Virus record (IMG/VR): IMGVR_UViG_3300025889_000092
Span: 17,808-81,807 of that record
Reading direction: 5' to 3' (one strand)
Length of the DNA: 64,000 bases
Source: a virus
The translations under genes and the position numbers were made by a program. This document shows positions 47,742-56,931 of this stretch, in pieces (the first letter of the stretch is position 1; each line of letters begins with the position of its first letter). The notes beneath the pieces are model-generated. The model saw only the letters and a list, made by a program, of their open reading frames with translations, was not told where the DNA came from and did not search any database.

Positions 47742-48386
47742 TCAAAGAGAAAAATCGATCGAACCGAGAGCGGCAGCAGCAACCTTGCCTTTTTCAGGAT
47801 CGGCAGCTTTTTTGGGGGCAGCTTTAGAGGTCTTAGGTAGGTAAAGGACTTTGTCGACGACGTAGTTGAGGTAGCTCTTGTCGTCTTTCTCACTGGTTGA
47901 AACTTTCCCTACAGCGATTGTTGGAGTTCCGGGAGAAAGCTCGGCAAGTTGTGCCGATAATTCAGCCCAAGCAGTGAGCTTGAACCAAGCGGTTTCTTTC
48001 TCTTCTGTTTGCCAGGCCAGCGAACGGTTGGTAACCGTCGTGTCGCCGAGCTCGACCTCCTCGCTTTTGGGACCAAGACCCCCCGTGGCAATAAACAAAT
48101 TTATTGCAAGTAGGTCTTCGAAATTTTCTTTTGTCACAGCCAGCATCGGCTGCATCTGAAGAACTCCGTCAGGAGTAGCTCGAGTCGGACCGATTGCGAG
48201 AACTGTGTCGTTTTTTTTCAGCCCCAACAAGAGTTTACCCACATAGTGGGACTTATTTTGGAGGAGTTGGACTTTGGTTGGGACTCGTTTGTCGTTCGAC
48301 GGGAGACTCTCCGTTAGGACGTTGAGAACATCGTCGGTTTCGAGTGCTTCGTCAGTCACCCTCAATCCGAGAAGAAAGACGTTCAT
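47742..48386 (-). CDS. ssb: Single-stranded DNA-binding protein, probably tandem OB folds
   Basis: ETAWFKLTAW..L...L..L..G....AVG.V typical of SSB; N-half has a similar pattern. Confidence 0.65.
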   Translation of the reverse strand: MNVFLLGLRVTDEALETDDVLNVLTESLPSNDKRVPTKVQLLQNKSHYVGKLLLGLKKNDTVLAIGPTRATPDGVLQMQPMLAVTKENFEDLLAINLFIATGGLGPKSEEVELGDTTVTNRSLAWQTEEKETAWFKLTAWAELSAQLAELSPGTPTIAVGKVSTSEKDDKSYLNYVVDKVLYLPKTSKAAPKKAADPEKGKVAAAALGSIDFSL

Positions 48387-48927
48387 AATTAAGGTGTCTG
48401 TAAATGGTTGAGCGATGGACCTTTAGTGCCTCGGCTATTTGCCCCACTGGAGCGCCTTGGCCACGGTACGCTAGGAGCAGTTTCCTGTCGCCGCAAGAAA
48501 GTTTGGCATTTTTTCCATTTACATAGGTGAAATGATATGGGTTGACGCATTTGGCACATTTACAAGTGCTCTTGGTTGTCAGATCATCTTTGGGTATATC
48601 TAAATACTTCAACTGGAGCGTCCGGACATATATCCTTGTTCCAAACAAGTACACACACGGAGATTCATTTGCTGACGGACCGTCCCATAAAAAACACTCC
48701 TTCGGGCTGAAATCGTTAAAAGCTAATCGTTTGAAAAGTTCGGAAATGTAACAACTCTTTTTTTCCTTATAACTAAGACTGAAACTTTCCCCTCCCAAAG
48801 CCCGACAAATATCCGCAGCCTGAGCTTGCGCGTGGTTTGAGTCGAGGGAAGAAACTGAAAGCTCGACCTTTCTTCCTTTTCGGGTTACCGCGAGGCAGTG
48901 TTCTTCAATAGATGTCGTTTGGCTCAA
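48352..48927 (-). CDS. HNH-derived domain + C-terminal HTH
   Basis: ECFLWDG...STCKCAKCVNPYHF; QIAEALKVHRSTIYRHL. Confidence 0.7.
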   Translation of the reverse strand: MSQTTSIEEHCLAVTRKGRKVELSVSSLDSNHAQAQAADICRALGGESFSLSYKEKKSCYISELFKRLAFNDFSPKECFLWDGPSANESPCVYLFGTRIYVRTLQLKYLDIPKDDLTTKSTCKCAKCVNPYHFTYVNGKNAKLSCGDRKLLLAYRGQGAPVGQIAEALKVHRSTIYRHLNYERLSSRIEGD

Positions 48928-49025
48928 ATTCTTCCGCCGCTTCTAGTAGGAGAAAGCGTAGGTTATTTTTGCCTGTAACGGCTTTAGACAGCCTTAAAAG
49001 TTTTGTGCCGATTTTAAGCCTGAGT

Positions 49026-49247
49026 CTATCGACCTGAAGTGCTAGAACTTTCATCGGTCTTCTCAGCTTGTTGCTGTACCGCCTTAAGTGTACTGAGATA
49101 TTGCTCTTGGAACGATTTTTGTTTCGGCGTGAACATCGTACGTAGATCTGCGAATCGGCGTTTTAATTCCGACTCTCCAAGATATTCGCGTTGCTCCTCA
49201 GAAACTAAAGGGCGATAAAAGATATCGCCCGCATAGCGTGCTGCCAT
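49026..49247 (-). CDS. Small protein with N-terminal RYAGD tag
   Basis: TAATG coupling to the upstream gene. Confidence 0.65.
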   Translation of the reverse strand: MAARYAGDIFYRPLVSEEQREYLGESELKRRFADLRTMFTPKQKSFQEQYLSTLKAVQQQAEKTDESSSTSGR

Positions 49248-50107
49248 TACATACCTTTCAGGTAAGATTCGTAGTAAGCGCGGAAGGGATCGCTCTTGTT
49301 AACGAAGCTTGCAGCTCGGTAACCGCCACCGTACTCAGGCGTTTGTTTGCCGTAGAACTGACCACGACCACCCGCGATTTCGTTCGCGACCTGACCGATT
49401 GCGGTCAGATTGGTAGCTTCGCCGCCGGGACGATAGAAAGCTTTAGCTTCGATGATGCGACGACCAAAGTCAGCCGGATCATAGAAAGCTTCGCCGAACT
49501 TCTGGTTCACAAAAGCCGAGTAATCCGCGACGTTATCTGCTCCTTTTTTGATATCAGTCCCGGTGGTGGCGTAGGGTTCGAAACCTGCTCCTCGAGCCGC
49601 AGTGTAGAAGCGCTCGATATCTTTACCGTAGTCGTTTCCGGTTTGCAGATCCTGATACAGGGGCTCAAAAAGCTTGTTATAGGTTGTTTGATCTTTGACT
49701 TGCACGTCGCCAATAGCCCGTGCCAGGAGCTGGTTAGCCTTACCGACTGCTTCCTGTGAGGTCAGGTTTGCAAACGGATCTTCCTGGTAAGTGACTTTAT
49801 GAGGGACGTAACTAGCACGAGGAGTCAGTGTGGGCTCAGTCGGTGTGGTCGGTTCGGGGGTAGTGGTTTCTCCGCCAGTCGTCGCGCCGACGCCGCCGAT
49901 GTTGCCCATAGTGCCGGTGTTAGCAACTGCACCGGTTACGGTCTGGATGGGGTTGTTTTCAATATTCACATAGTTACCCATACCGTATCCGCCGCCATAC
50001 ACTTCTTCTCCCATCTCGGACTCTCTGCCTAAGCGACCCCCTCGAGAACCCTTTGCGCTACGCACATATCCCGTCAAGGGGAGTTCACCAGCAAAACGAA
50101 AAGCCAC
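49247..50107 (-). CDS. Hypothetical protein with N-terminal RFAGE tag
   Basis: G/T/Y-rich, late-gene-like composition; own TATAAAAT box upstream. Confidence 0.7.
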   Translation of the reverse strand: MAFRFAGELPLTGYVRSAKGSRGGRLGRESEMGEEVYGGGYGMGNYVNIENNPIQTVTGAVANTGTMGNIGGVGATTGGETTTPEPTTPTEPTLTPRASYVPHKVTYQEDPFANLTSQEAVGKANQLLARAIGDVQVKDQTTYNKLFEPLYQDLQTGNDYGKDIERFYTAARGAGFEPYATTGTDIKKGADNVADYSAFVNQKFGEAFYDPADFGRRIIEAKAFYRPGGEATNLTAIGQVANEIAGGRGQFYGKQTPEYGGGYRAASFVNKSDPFRAYYESYLKGM

Positions 50108-50144
50108 GGGATTGGATCTAAGTCTGTTCTTATTTTATAGCAGT

Positions 50145-50654
50145 TTATTTATTGAACGCATTAGCTTCTACAAAAAATCTTTGAAGCGAATGACCGCGTT
50201 TTATGACCATGTCCAGGGTCTTTAAACGCAGGTTTGCCTCTTCGTACGAAGGATAAATTTTTGCTTGCTCTCTTTGTTTTACGTAGTCTGTAATGCTACC
50301 AGGGCTTTTTGCGTCTGCGACAAAACACCCCGTGGGACTGATGATAACCCACGCTTCTCGAAACCTTAAGTTGGTTATCGAGGCCATTTCGGCTTCGGTG
50401 TACAAACGGACATTTCGAACTATTTTAAATGGTTTATTGTTTTTCTCACGCTTTTCGGATTTCTTAATGTACGCTTCGATTTTATGTTTTTTCTTGAGCG
50501 CTCGTGCGCTATTACTGGCTTTTAAAGGGGATTCAAAGCTTTCAGAGGTCAGATAAATCTCATTCTCACCTGTTACGGCACCGTGATAGGTCCCGTTTAT
50601 TCGGATAGCAAAGACCTCTTTGTCCGGATCTTTCAGAATGCTTACAAAGTCCAT
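50145..50654 (-). CDS. Hypothetical protein
   Basis: ORF track; directly after polA. Confidence 0.65.
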   Translation of the reverse strand: MDFVSILKDPDKEVFAIRINGTYHGAVTGENEIYLTSESFESPLKASNSARALKKKHKIEAYIKKSEKREKNNKPFKIVRNVRLYTEAEMASITNLRFREAWVIISPTGCFVADAKSPGSITDYVKQREQAKIYPSYEEANLRLKTLDMVIKRGHSLQRFFVEANAFNK

Positions 50655-50657
50655 TAG

Positions 50658-52553
50658 TTACTTAGACGCCCATGAACTACCTACGCTTGCATCAGCTGAT
50701 GCTGGGACAGACTTTAACACGACTTCAGCAGCACTGATCATTGCGTCCTCGAGAATTTTTTTATAGTCTTCTGCGAGATCTTCACGGACCTCAAGGACGA
50801 TCTCATCATGCACACAAGCTACTAAATGAACATCTTCTTTAAGGTGTTCGTTTAAACGCGCTATCGCGATTTTAAGGATATCTGCGCCTGATCCTTGAAT
50901 AAGAGTGTTTGCGCTGCACATCATGGTTGCGTCGTCGTAACTAAGAAGTCTTCTTCGCCCGCAAGCCGTGCGCGTGTATGCCCAACCGTCGTTTACAAGG
51001 GCAGCTCGTTCCTGGTGCCACCCACGCAGTCTCGGATAGGCACTGTGGAAAGCAGCGTGGGCAACCTTAGCTTCTGAGAGAGTCAGCATCTTGCCGCTCT
51101 GGGCAGCGTACGTCTTGTATTTCCTAAACCCCATTCCGTACAGCAACGCAAAGTTCAGAGTCTTTCCGTCTTGACGTTCCTCTTTCGTGACTTCGGACAA
51201 ATCTTTTTTGTAAATCAAACTCGCTGTCATTGTGTGTAAGTCGATGCCGTTTATAAACGCCTGTTTCATTTGAGGTATGTTAATTAGCTCTGCACCAAGC
51301 CTTAGCTCAATCTGCGCCCAGTCGCAGATAACTAACTTGTAGCCTTCGGCAGCAACAAAGCACTCCCTAAAATCTTTTGAACGAGGAATCTGTTGGATGT
51401 TGACTGCAAAAACTGTTTTTTGCTTCGTCTTGCCTGTCTTAGGGGCACCACTGCTCGTGAAGCGACCTGAGTTCGCACCAAACTGGTTGTATCCCGAGTG
51501 GATACGGCAGGTTACTGGGTTGATGTTGTCGATGAGTTTCGTAACATGCTCTAAACGAGTCTCGATCTTTGCTCGCTCTCGATAAAGACGTAGGGTCTCA
51601 TCGTCGCTATCGAACTCGGATAGAGCAATTTGATTCAGCGTGGATTTCCCGGTGTTCGGATCTTCTGGGAGCGCAACGCCTATGGCGGTGAAGGCACTAA
51701 CCACTTGGGTTGGGGAGCCAGGGTTGAAATCCTTTTTAGGTCTTTTGCCTACAGAGATTGCACCGTTTGGATCACGAGGAAGTTTTTGTTCCTCGGGCAA
51801 CCTCGAATCCAACTGACTTACAAACTGGTGGGTTTTGCTGTTGAGGTTCTCTTGGATAGCATTTTTCAACGCTTTGAGTTTCTCGATGTCTACCCCGAAA
51901 CCTCTGTAGCACATTCGTGCTACTGGCCTAACGCATTGAGATTCAATACTGTAAAGCTCTAAAAGACTTTCTTCTTTCAGCTCAGCCAGTTGTGCTGCGG
52001 CGATTCGAGGAAGAATGTCAACGTCGATTGCTGCATACTCGATTTGCTCTTCCGTGAGATCCTCTATGCTCCAGTCTGTAAGGCGCTGCTCCTTACTAAG
52101 ATCTACATCTAACCACCGCTTTACAGCAGCCTGAAGCGAGCAGGAAACGTCTGCAAAGTAAATCTTTTTTGCCTGTGGAGATACACGCTTCTCCTTGAAT
52201 CCAGCGCGTAGGACACGTTCTGCTATGTAGGTGTCGAAGATTTTCCCTTTGAAATCAATGTCCAGATAGAGCAGGAACTGCAGGTCGAAGTTAAGATTAT
52301 GCCCCACGATCATTTCGCGGGTTTCTATCAACTCTTTAAGTTTGATTTTTTCGTTGTACTTAAATAAATCGAAAACATAAACTGTTCGATCTTCGACAGT
52401 GGGGTCCGCTGTGCAGAGCTGAAGCAGCCTTGGCTTGGCGATCCCGGCTTGAAGCCCAGTGGTTTCGAAGTCTAGACAGACTTTTGGGAACTCCTGAAGT
52501 TCTTTAACAGCGCCTCTGAACTCGGTCTCGTTCTTGATGTAGAAGATATTCAT
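50658..52553 (-). CDS. polA: Family A DNA polymerase with 3'-5' exonuclease
   Basis: Exo I DFETTG, II NLNFD, III YAAID; motif A DWAQIELR, B KTLNFALLYG, C VHDEI. Confidence 0.96.
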   Translation of the reverse strand: MNIFYIKNETEFRGAVKELQEFPKVCLDFETTGLQAGIAKPRLLQLCTADPTVEDRTVYVFDLFKYNEKIKLKELIETREMIVGHNLNFDLQFLLYLDIDFKGKIFDTYIAERVLRAGFKEKRVSPQAKKIYFADVSCSLQAAVKRWLDVDLSKEQRLTDWSIEDLTEEQIEYAAIDVDILPRIAAAQLAELKEESLLELYSIESQCVRPVARMCYRGFGVDIEKLKALKNAIQENLNSKTHQFVSQLDSRLPEEQKLPRDPNGAISVGKRPKKDFNPGSPTQVVSAFTAIGVALPEDPNTGKSTLNQIALSEFDSDDETLRLYRERAKIETRLEHVTKLIDNINPVTCRIHSGYNQFGANSGRFTSSGAPKTGKTKQKTVFAVNIQQIPRSKDFRECFVAAEGYKLVICDWAQIELRLGAELINIPQMKQAFINGIDLHTMTASLIYKKDLSEVTKEERQDGKTLNFALLYGMGFRKYKTYAAQSGKMLTLSEAKVAHAAFHSAYPRLRGWHQERAALVNDGWAYTRTACGRRRLLSYDDATMMCSANTLIQGSGADILKIAIARLNEHLKEDVHLVACVHDEIVLEVREDLAEDYKKILEDAMISAAEVVLKSVPASADASVGSSWASK

Positions 52554-52555
52554 GG

Positions 52556-52582
52556 AAAAAAAAGGCCTTCCTTTCGGAAGGC
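52556..52582 (-). terminator. Terminator-like hairpin directly upstream of polA start
   Basis: GCCTTCC-GAAA-GGAAGGC + T8, then CC-ATG. Confidence 0.75.
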
Positions 52583-52612
52583 TGGATCATCCGTGGAGGT
52601 AGTGTAACAGCG

Positions 52613-53398
52613 TTACGCTGCGCGTCGACTGCGATAGAACGTTTCGATGTAGTTGGGCAGGTCAGCCCACAACGAAACAACCGCCGTGGCATTCTCAGTA
52701 GCCCGAATGCGGTAGAAGATCCGGCTCATAGTACCTTTATTACTGTTTTCGTTCGTCGGGCTCACGGATACCAGACTTTTTTGTTCGATCAAGTTGTTCT
52801 GTACACACCAAATCAGACCCTGACGGAGTCCTATGTACAGAGGCGAAACGTGGAAAGTATCTTTCCGTTCAACATCTTTTGAATTGTCTACAGGTTCCAG
52901 ACCCTCGCGAGTTCGAATAAAGCCCTTGAATACCACCGAGTCTTTAGGAATTGCTTTCTGTTTGTCGAGCTCGTTTACTAACCGTACGGCAAGCTCTCGC
53001 ATTGTTGTCCACTCGTGTTCACTTGTTTCCATAAGCAGAGCAGCAGCTCCTACAGCCCAGTACGAGGAGCTCTTGTTCAGAGTCTCGATAATGTCCTCAG
53101 CCTCGAGAACTTTTACTGGCTTCTGTGTTTTGTAGCCCCTCTTAATTTTCCGAGAGTTGTCTACACTCGATTTTTTGGGAGTCGGGTTGGAGATTTTGAA
53201 AGCCAGGGAAGCCAAATCGGGGATTCGCTTTTCGACGGCCAGTTCAAACAGCGTTCGTCCGTCAAGGACCTTAAGGTCGATGACCTTCTCGAGGTCAATT
53301 GGGAAGCACTCTTTGTCGGAACCTTTGGTTGCTTTCAGAAGAGCGGCAGCTTCTTCCTTCTCAATGGGTGTTCCTTGGAGTAAAAATTGGAAGTTCAT
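52613..53398 (-). CDS. Hypothetical protein
   Basis: Likely ATG 53398. Confidence 0.65.
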   Translation of the reverse strand: MNFQFLLQGTPIEKEEAAALLKATKGSDKECFPIDLEKVIDLKVLDGRTLFELAVEKRIPDLASLAFKISNPTPKKSSVDNSRKIKRGYKTQKPVKVLEAEDIIETLNKSSSYWAVGAAALLMETSEHEWTTMRELAVRLVNELDKQKAIPKDSVVFKGFIRTREGLEPVDNSKDVERKDTFHVSPLYIGLRQGLIWCVQNNLIEQKSLVSVSPTNENSNKGTMSRIFYRIRATENATAVVSLWADLPNYIETFYRSRRAA

Positions 53399-53505
53399 CT
53401 TTAAAAGATGTGTGCATGTCAAGGGTACCGAGACCTCATTGAGAAGCAATACGCGTATATTTTTATTTAAGGTTTCTGTCCCCTCTGCTCTCTACCTCGG
53501 TTCAA

Positions 53506-53925
53506 TCATCGAACAACGAGGTGGACATTGCTGCACCACTCAGAGATGTCGTAGCTTATCTCCTGGCAAAGGTCATAAATATCAGTGTCAGAGAAGAACA
53601 GCTCTTTTTGTAAAGATGCCACAGGGGTATCACCGAAGTTGTGCTTGAGATAAGCGGATACCCATAGCCCAACTTCGTAAAATTCTGTCTCCATAAACAA
53701 ATCCTTACTGTTGTGCTTAGCTTTGATTACGGAGAAGACCATAGTTTTTGGTATGTATAAGATGCGCGACCCGTAAAAAGTGTAAGTATCTTTTACTCTT
53801 GCGCTTACATGATTATCCAGAGATTTCTTTAAACACCTAAATACCCATCCCGCAAGGCGTTCAAAATCAGTATCGTCTTCGCAATACTCCTTTAAAAGTT
53901 CTTGCAGGACTGTATCTACACCCAT
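53506..53925 (-). CDS. Hypothetical protein
   Basis: Likely ATG 53925, just after the upstream stop. Confidence 0.6.
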   Translation of the reverse strand: MGVDTVLQELLKEYCEDDTDFERLAGWVFRCLKKSLDNHVSARVKDTYTFYGSRILYIPKTMVFSVIKAKHNSKDLFMETEFYEVGLWVSAYLKHNFGDTPVASLQKELFFSDTDIYDLCQEISYDISEWCSNVHLVVR

Positions 53926-53926
53926 T

Positions 53927-54154
53927 TTATACCCACACCCCCTGTGGGCTAACTCGGGTCCACTTGGCTTCTCCGTTAATTCTGCCGTTGCATACAAACA
54001 TTTCGTTTGTGTCCGGGCTCATCCAGATTGAACCTATAAGACTGTCTTTAGGTAAATGGCTTAGGTCTTCAGTTGGACTTTGCCGTTGTTCGTATTCGTT
54101 TTGAATACGTCTAATTTCGTCGCCGGGGTCAGCGGGTTTCTCGTTGTTAATCAT
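53927..54154 (-). CDS. Hypothetical protein
   Basis: ATGA overlap with the vWA gene. Confidence 0.55.
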   Translation of the reverse strand: MINNEKPADPGDEIRRIQNEYEQRQSPTEDLSHLPKDSLIGSIWMSPDTNEMFVCNGRINGEAKWTRVSPQGVWV

Positions 54155-55695
54155 CTGATGCTCTTCTGAACAGCCTCTACGGTAGCTTCGGGGTTTGAGA
54201 GATTCACAGAAAAAACTTCATCGCTAATTTTTGTACATACAAGGGGGACCGCAGAGTTAATGCAGATCGTCGACCATTGTAAACCGTGCTCACGTTTGTA
54301 GACGTTCAACCGCTTTACAAAGTTATCGTGTATTTCGGCATTACCGTCTGTTATTAAAAGGACATCGGCGTTGGGTTCGATTCGAGCGTGATCGAGCGCG
54401 TGGGCGATGACTGCATTAAAACTTGTGCCTCCCCCCAACGTCCAGCATGCGACGAAGTCAAGTAACTCGGAGTTGTTTTTACGACTTTTGTCGAGACTTA
54501 CAGACATGTCGATCTTGGTGTCGAACAGATGAATCTCAATATCTCTGTTCTCTTTCATAGCATGTTCAGCAACTACAAAGGTAATCGCTTTACTCCAGAG
54601 CTCGCTCTCCCCTCCCATAGAACCTGAAGCGTCGACATAGAGGATTATCGGACCTTTACCTACGTCCTTTCTGTGTGCTTTAAAGTCCTTTGTTAATAGA
54701 GACTTCTGAGTGTACTTTAGGGCGAAAAGAGCTTTTCCTTCTTCCGATCCAGCTAAAGCTAACTCTGCGGGAAAAGTCTTTGTGACATCATCGCTGAAAA
54801 TTGCTCCACTAATACTCTCGTAATTAGATCTTATTTTCCGGGCTTTCTTACGTTCCTCCCATATTCTGCGAAGAGCCCCGAGTTTCTTTACGAGACTTTT
54901 TAAGCTCTTGTTGCTTTCAAGTTTTTTAGCGAGAGTTTTCTTTTGTTCTAAATCAAGTTTCTTCTCTTTTGTTCCTGGGGTGGAGCCCCACAGTGAGGAG
55001 ATAGCATCCTGAATAGAGTCGCTCTGCTTCACCGTGGAGTCCACGATCCTGTGAGAATGTACTTGAAGGTTTTCCTTGGCGTTCTTTATCGCTTCGTTAA
55101 TCGCGTTTACTAGCTCTTTGCCCTTCCTTCTGGCTTCGGTAGCCGCCGATGAGTCACCATTAGCCTGAGCTTTCTTGTATTCCTCTCGGAGTGCTTGGAG
55201 AGCTTGGGCTGAATTAGTCAAAAGCTCAACATCAAAACTTTCATCAAGAATCGAATCCTCGATGACTTTAGATAATTCGTTGAGGATATTTACTGCATTG
55301 TTGCCTGCATTGAACTGATCACCGACGCTTCTTTTTAGAAGCTCGAACCAAGCTGCTGACTGCGTCAGATCGTTCATGATCGAATACCATATTCCGTTCT
55401 CGGGTTTGTACCCTTCAGGAATAGCCGTGGTATCTCCGTCACATATTTTCCTGAAGTAATCTTCATAGGCTTCTTCTGATACTAACCATTTAACGTTGTC
55501 TGCATTGTATAGACGATCAAAGAGTTCCTTGCCAAAGCGAGAAAGCTGTCTGATGTTATACGCATCTACTAAATATTTAACGGTTGGCTTAGCGTCCCGG
55601 ATGAAGTCGTCCCACAAAAAATCAGCAAGGGCTGAACAAGCCAAGGTCAAAGGTTGGTTGTCGAGAATGCGGACAAAGTCAACTTCGGTGTTCAT
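54151..55695 (-). CDS. von Willebrand factor A domain protein (ViaA-like)
   Basis: MIDAS DASGS, GGGTSF, LLITDG. Confidence 0.88.
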   Translation of the reverse strand: MNTEVDFVRILDNQPLTLACSALADFLWDDFIRDAKPTVKYLVDAYNIRQLSRFGKELFDRLYNADNVKWLVSEEAYEDYFRKICDGDTTAIPEGYKPENGIWYSIMNDLTQSAAWFELLKRSVGDQFNAGNNAVNILNELSKVIEDSILDESFDVELLTNSAQALQALREEYKKAQANGDSSAATEARRKGKELVNAINEAIKNAKENLQVHSHRIVDSTVKQSDSIQDAISSLWGSTPGTKEKKLDLEQKKTLAKKLESNKSLKSLVKKLGALRRIWEERKKARKIRSNYESISGAIFSDDVTKTFPAELALAGSEEGKALFALKYTQKSLLTKDFKAHRKDVGKGPIILYVDASGSMGGESELWSKAITFVVAEHAMKENRDIEIHLFDTKIDMSVSLDKSRKNNSELLDFVACWTLGGGTSFNAVIAHALDHARIEPNADVLLITDGNAEIHDNFVKRLNVYKREHGLQWSTICINSAVPLVCTKISDEVFSVNLSNPEATVEAVQKSIR

Positions 55696-55696
55696 T

Positions 55697-56884
55697 TCAG
55701 TTACTAATTTCGTTGATTGCCTGAGCAAGGCTTTCGCATTGCTGTTGAATGTTCTGCACTATTTTTACGCCGTTTGCTCTTGTTGTAGCGGAAATTTTAT
55801 ATTGACCTCCGTCCAAAACCTCGGTCGCTTTGTCTCGCACAGTAGAAATATCTCTGTGCCACTTCCTGAGTTGAATGACGTATTCATTCAGGTCGCTGAG
55901 GCCACCCGAGCGGTGCCTGTGGGTAAAAGAGTTTGCTTCCGCCATGATCCCTGCTGCAGCACGCTTGGCATCGCTCAGAGTCTTTTCAGCCGTAGGGACA
56001 ATTTGTTCGAGAACTTCCCGAATCGCTTCTTGATCTTCCCTTTCCTGATACACAATGTGAATCAAGCTCCCGTGCATGTGGGATGGGTGCAGTTCATCAT
56101 CACCTTGAACGAGTGCCCAGGCCCTCAAAAATTTAAGTATTTGTGACCTTCTCCGATCGCTTACGGTGATGTTTCTGCTGCTCAGCATGTCCCAGACTGA
56201 ACCGTAATCATCGAGGAAGCTCTCCGCTACCTTGACTTTATTTACAGCCTCTTGTAGATCCTCAAGATCCTTTAGCGTCAAGTGCTCACCAACCTTTGGT
56301 CGTTCCTCGATCCCCAGGGACCACTGATCGAGTACTCTCTTAGACACGGGCTTGCGGAGCAGCTCAACCGTGGGCCTGAAGAGAAAGCGATCCGCAAAAG
56401 CCTGAAGGGACTCCTCCTCCGGCCAACTGTTTGTCGCGGCAATAATTGATTGGATTGGTGTTTGTATATTCTCCTTACCGTTGTTGAAAGTCCGCTCATT
56501 GAGCAGCGTAAGAAGGGAGTTGAGAATTGCCGAACTTCCCCGGAACAGTTCGTCAAGAAATCCGATGTGAGCAGATGGAAGATACCCCGAGATATCTCGT
56601 GTGTATTCGTCCTTAAGAAGTTTTGTCACTGCGACCGGGCCGAATACTTCGGACGGATCGGTAGTGGGAGTCAGGAGATAACCAAAATAGTTCGCGTTTT
56701 TAATTCCACCACACAAGTTTCGAACTAGATCCGACTTACCTGTACCTGGAACGCCAAGAAGAAAGGCATTCTGCTTACTGAGAAGGGTCGCTAAGAGCCC
56801 ATCAATCACACTTTCCCTTTCCAGCGTGGCAGAGTTTAGAGAGCTTCGGAAGCCTTGAAGCTTTTGAAACAGTTGATCGTTCAT
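55697..56884 (-). CDS. MoxR-family AAA+ ATPase (RavA-like)
   Basis: GVPGTGKS, EVFGP, FLDELF, ILNSLLTLLNER.F, AFADRF, SDRR. Confidence 0.9.
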   Translation of the reverse strand: MNDQLFQKLQGFRSSLNSATLERESVIDGLLATLLSKQNAFLLGVPGTGKSDLVRNLCGGIKNANYFGYLLTPTTDPSEVFGPVAVTKLLKDEYTRDISGYLPSAHIGFLDELFRGSSAILNSLLTLLNERTFNNGKENIQTPIQSIIAATNSWPEEESLQAFADRFLFRPTVELLRKPVSKRVLDQWSLGIEERPKVGEHLTLKDLEDLQEAVNKVKVAESFLDDYGSVWDMLSSRNITVSDRRRSQILKFLRAWALVQGDDELHPSHMHGSLIHIVYQEREDQEAIREVLEQIVPTAEKTLSDAKRAAAGIMAEANSFTHRHRSGGLSDLNEYVIQLRKWHRDISTVRDKATEVLDGGQYKISATTRANGVKIVQNIQQQCESLAQAINEISN

Positions 56885-56931
56885 GGTTTCGAAACGGTGG
56901 TTGGGAAACTTTTGTTCTGTTTGGAGGAAGT

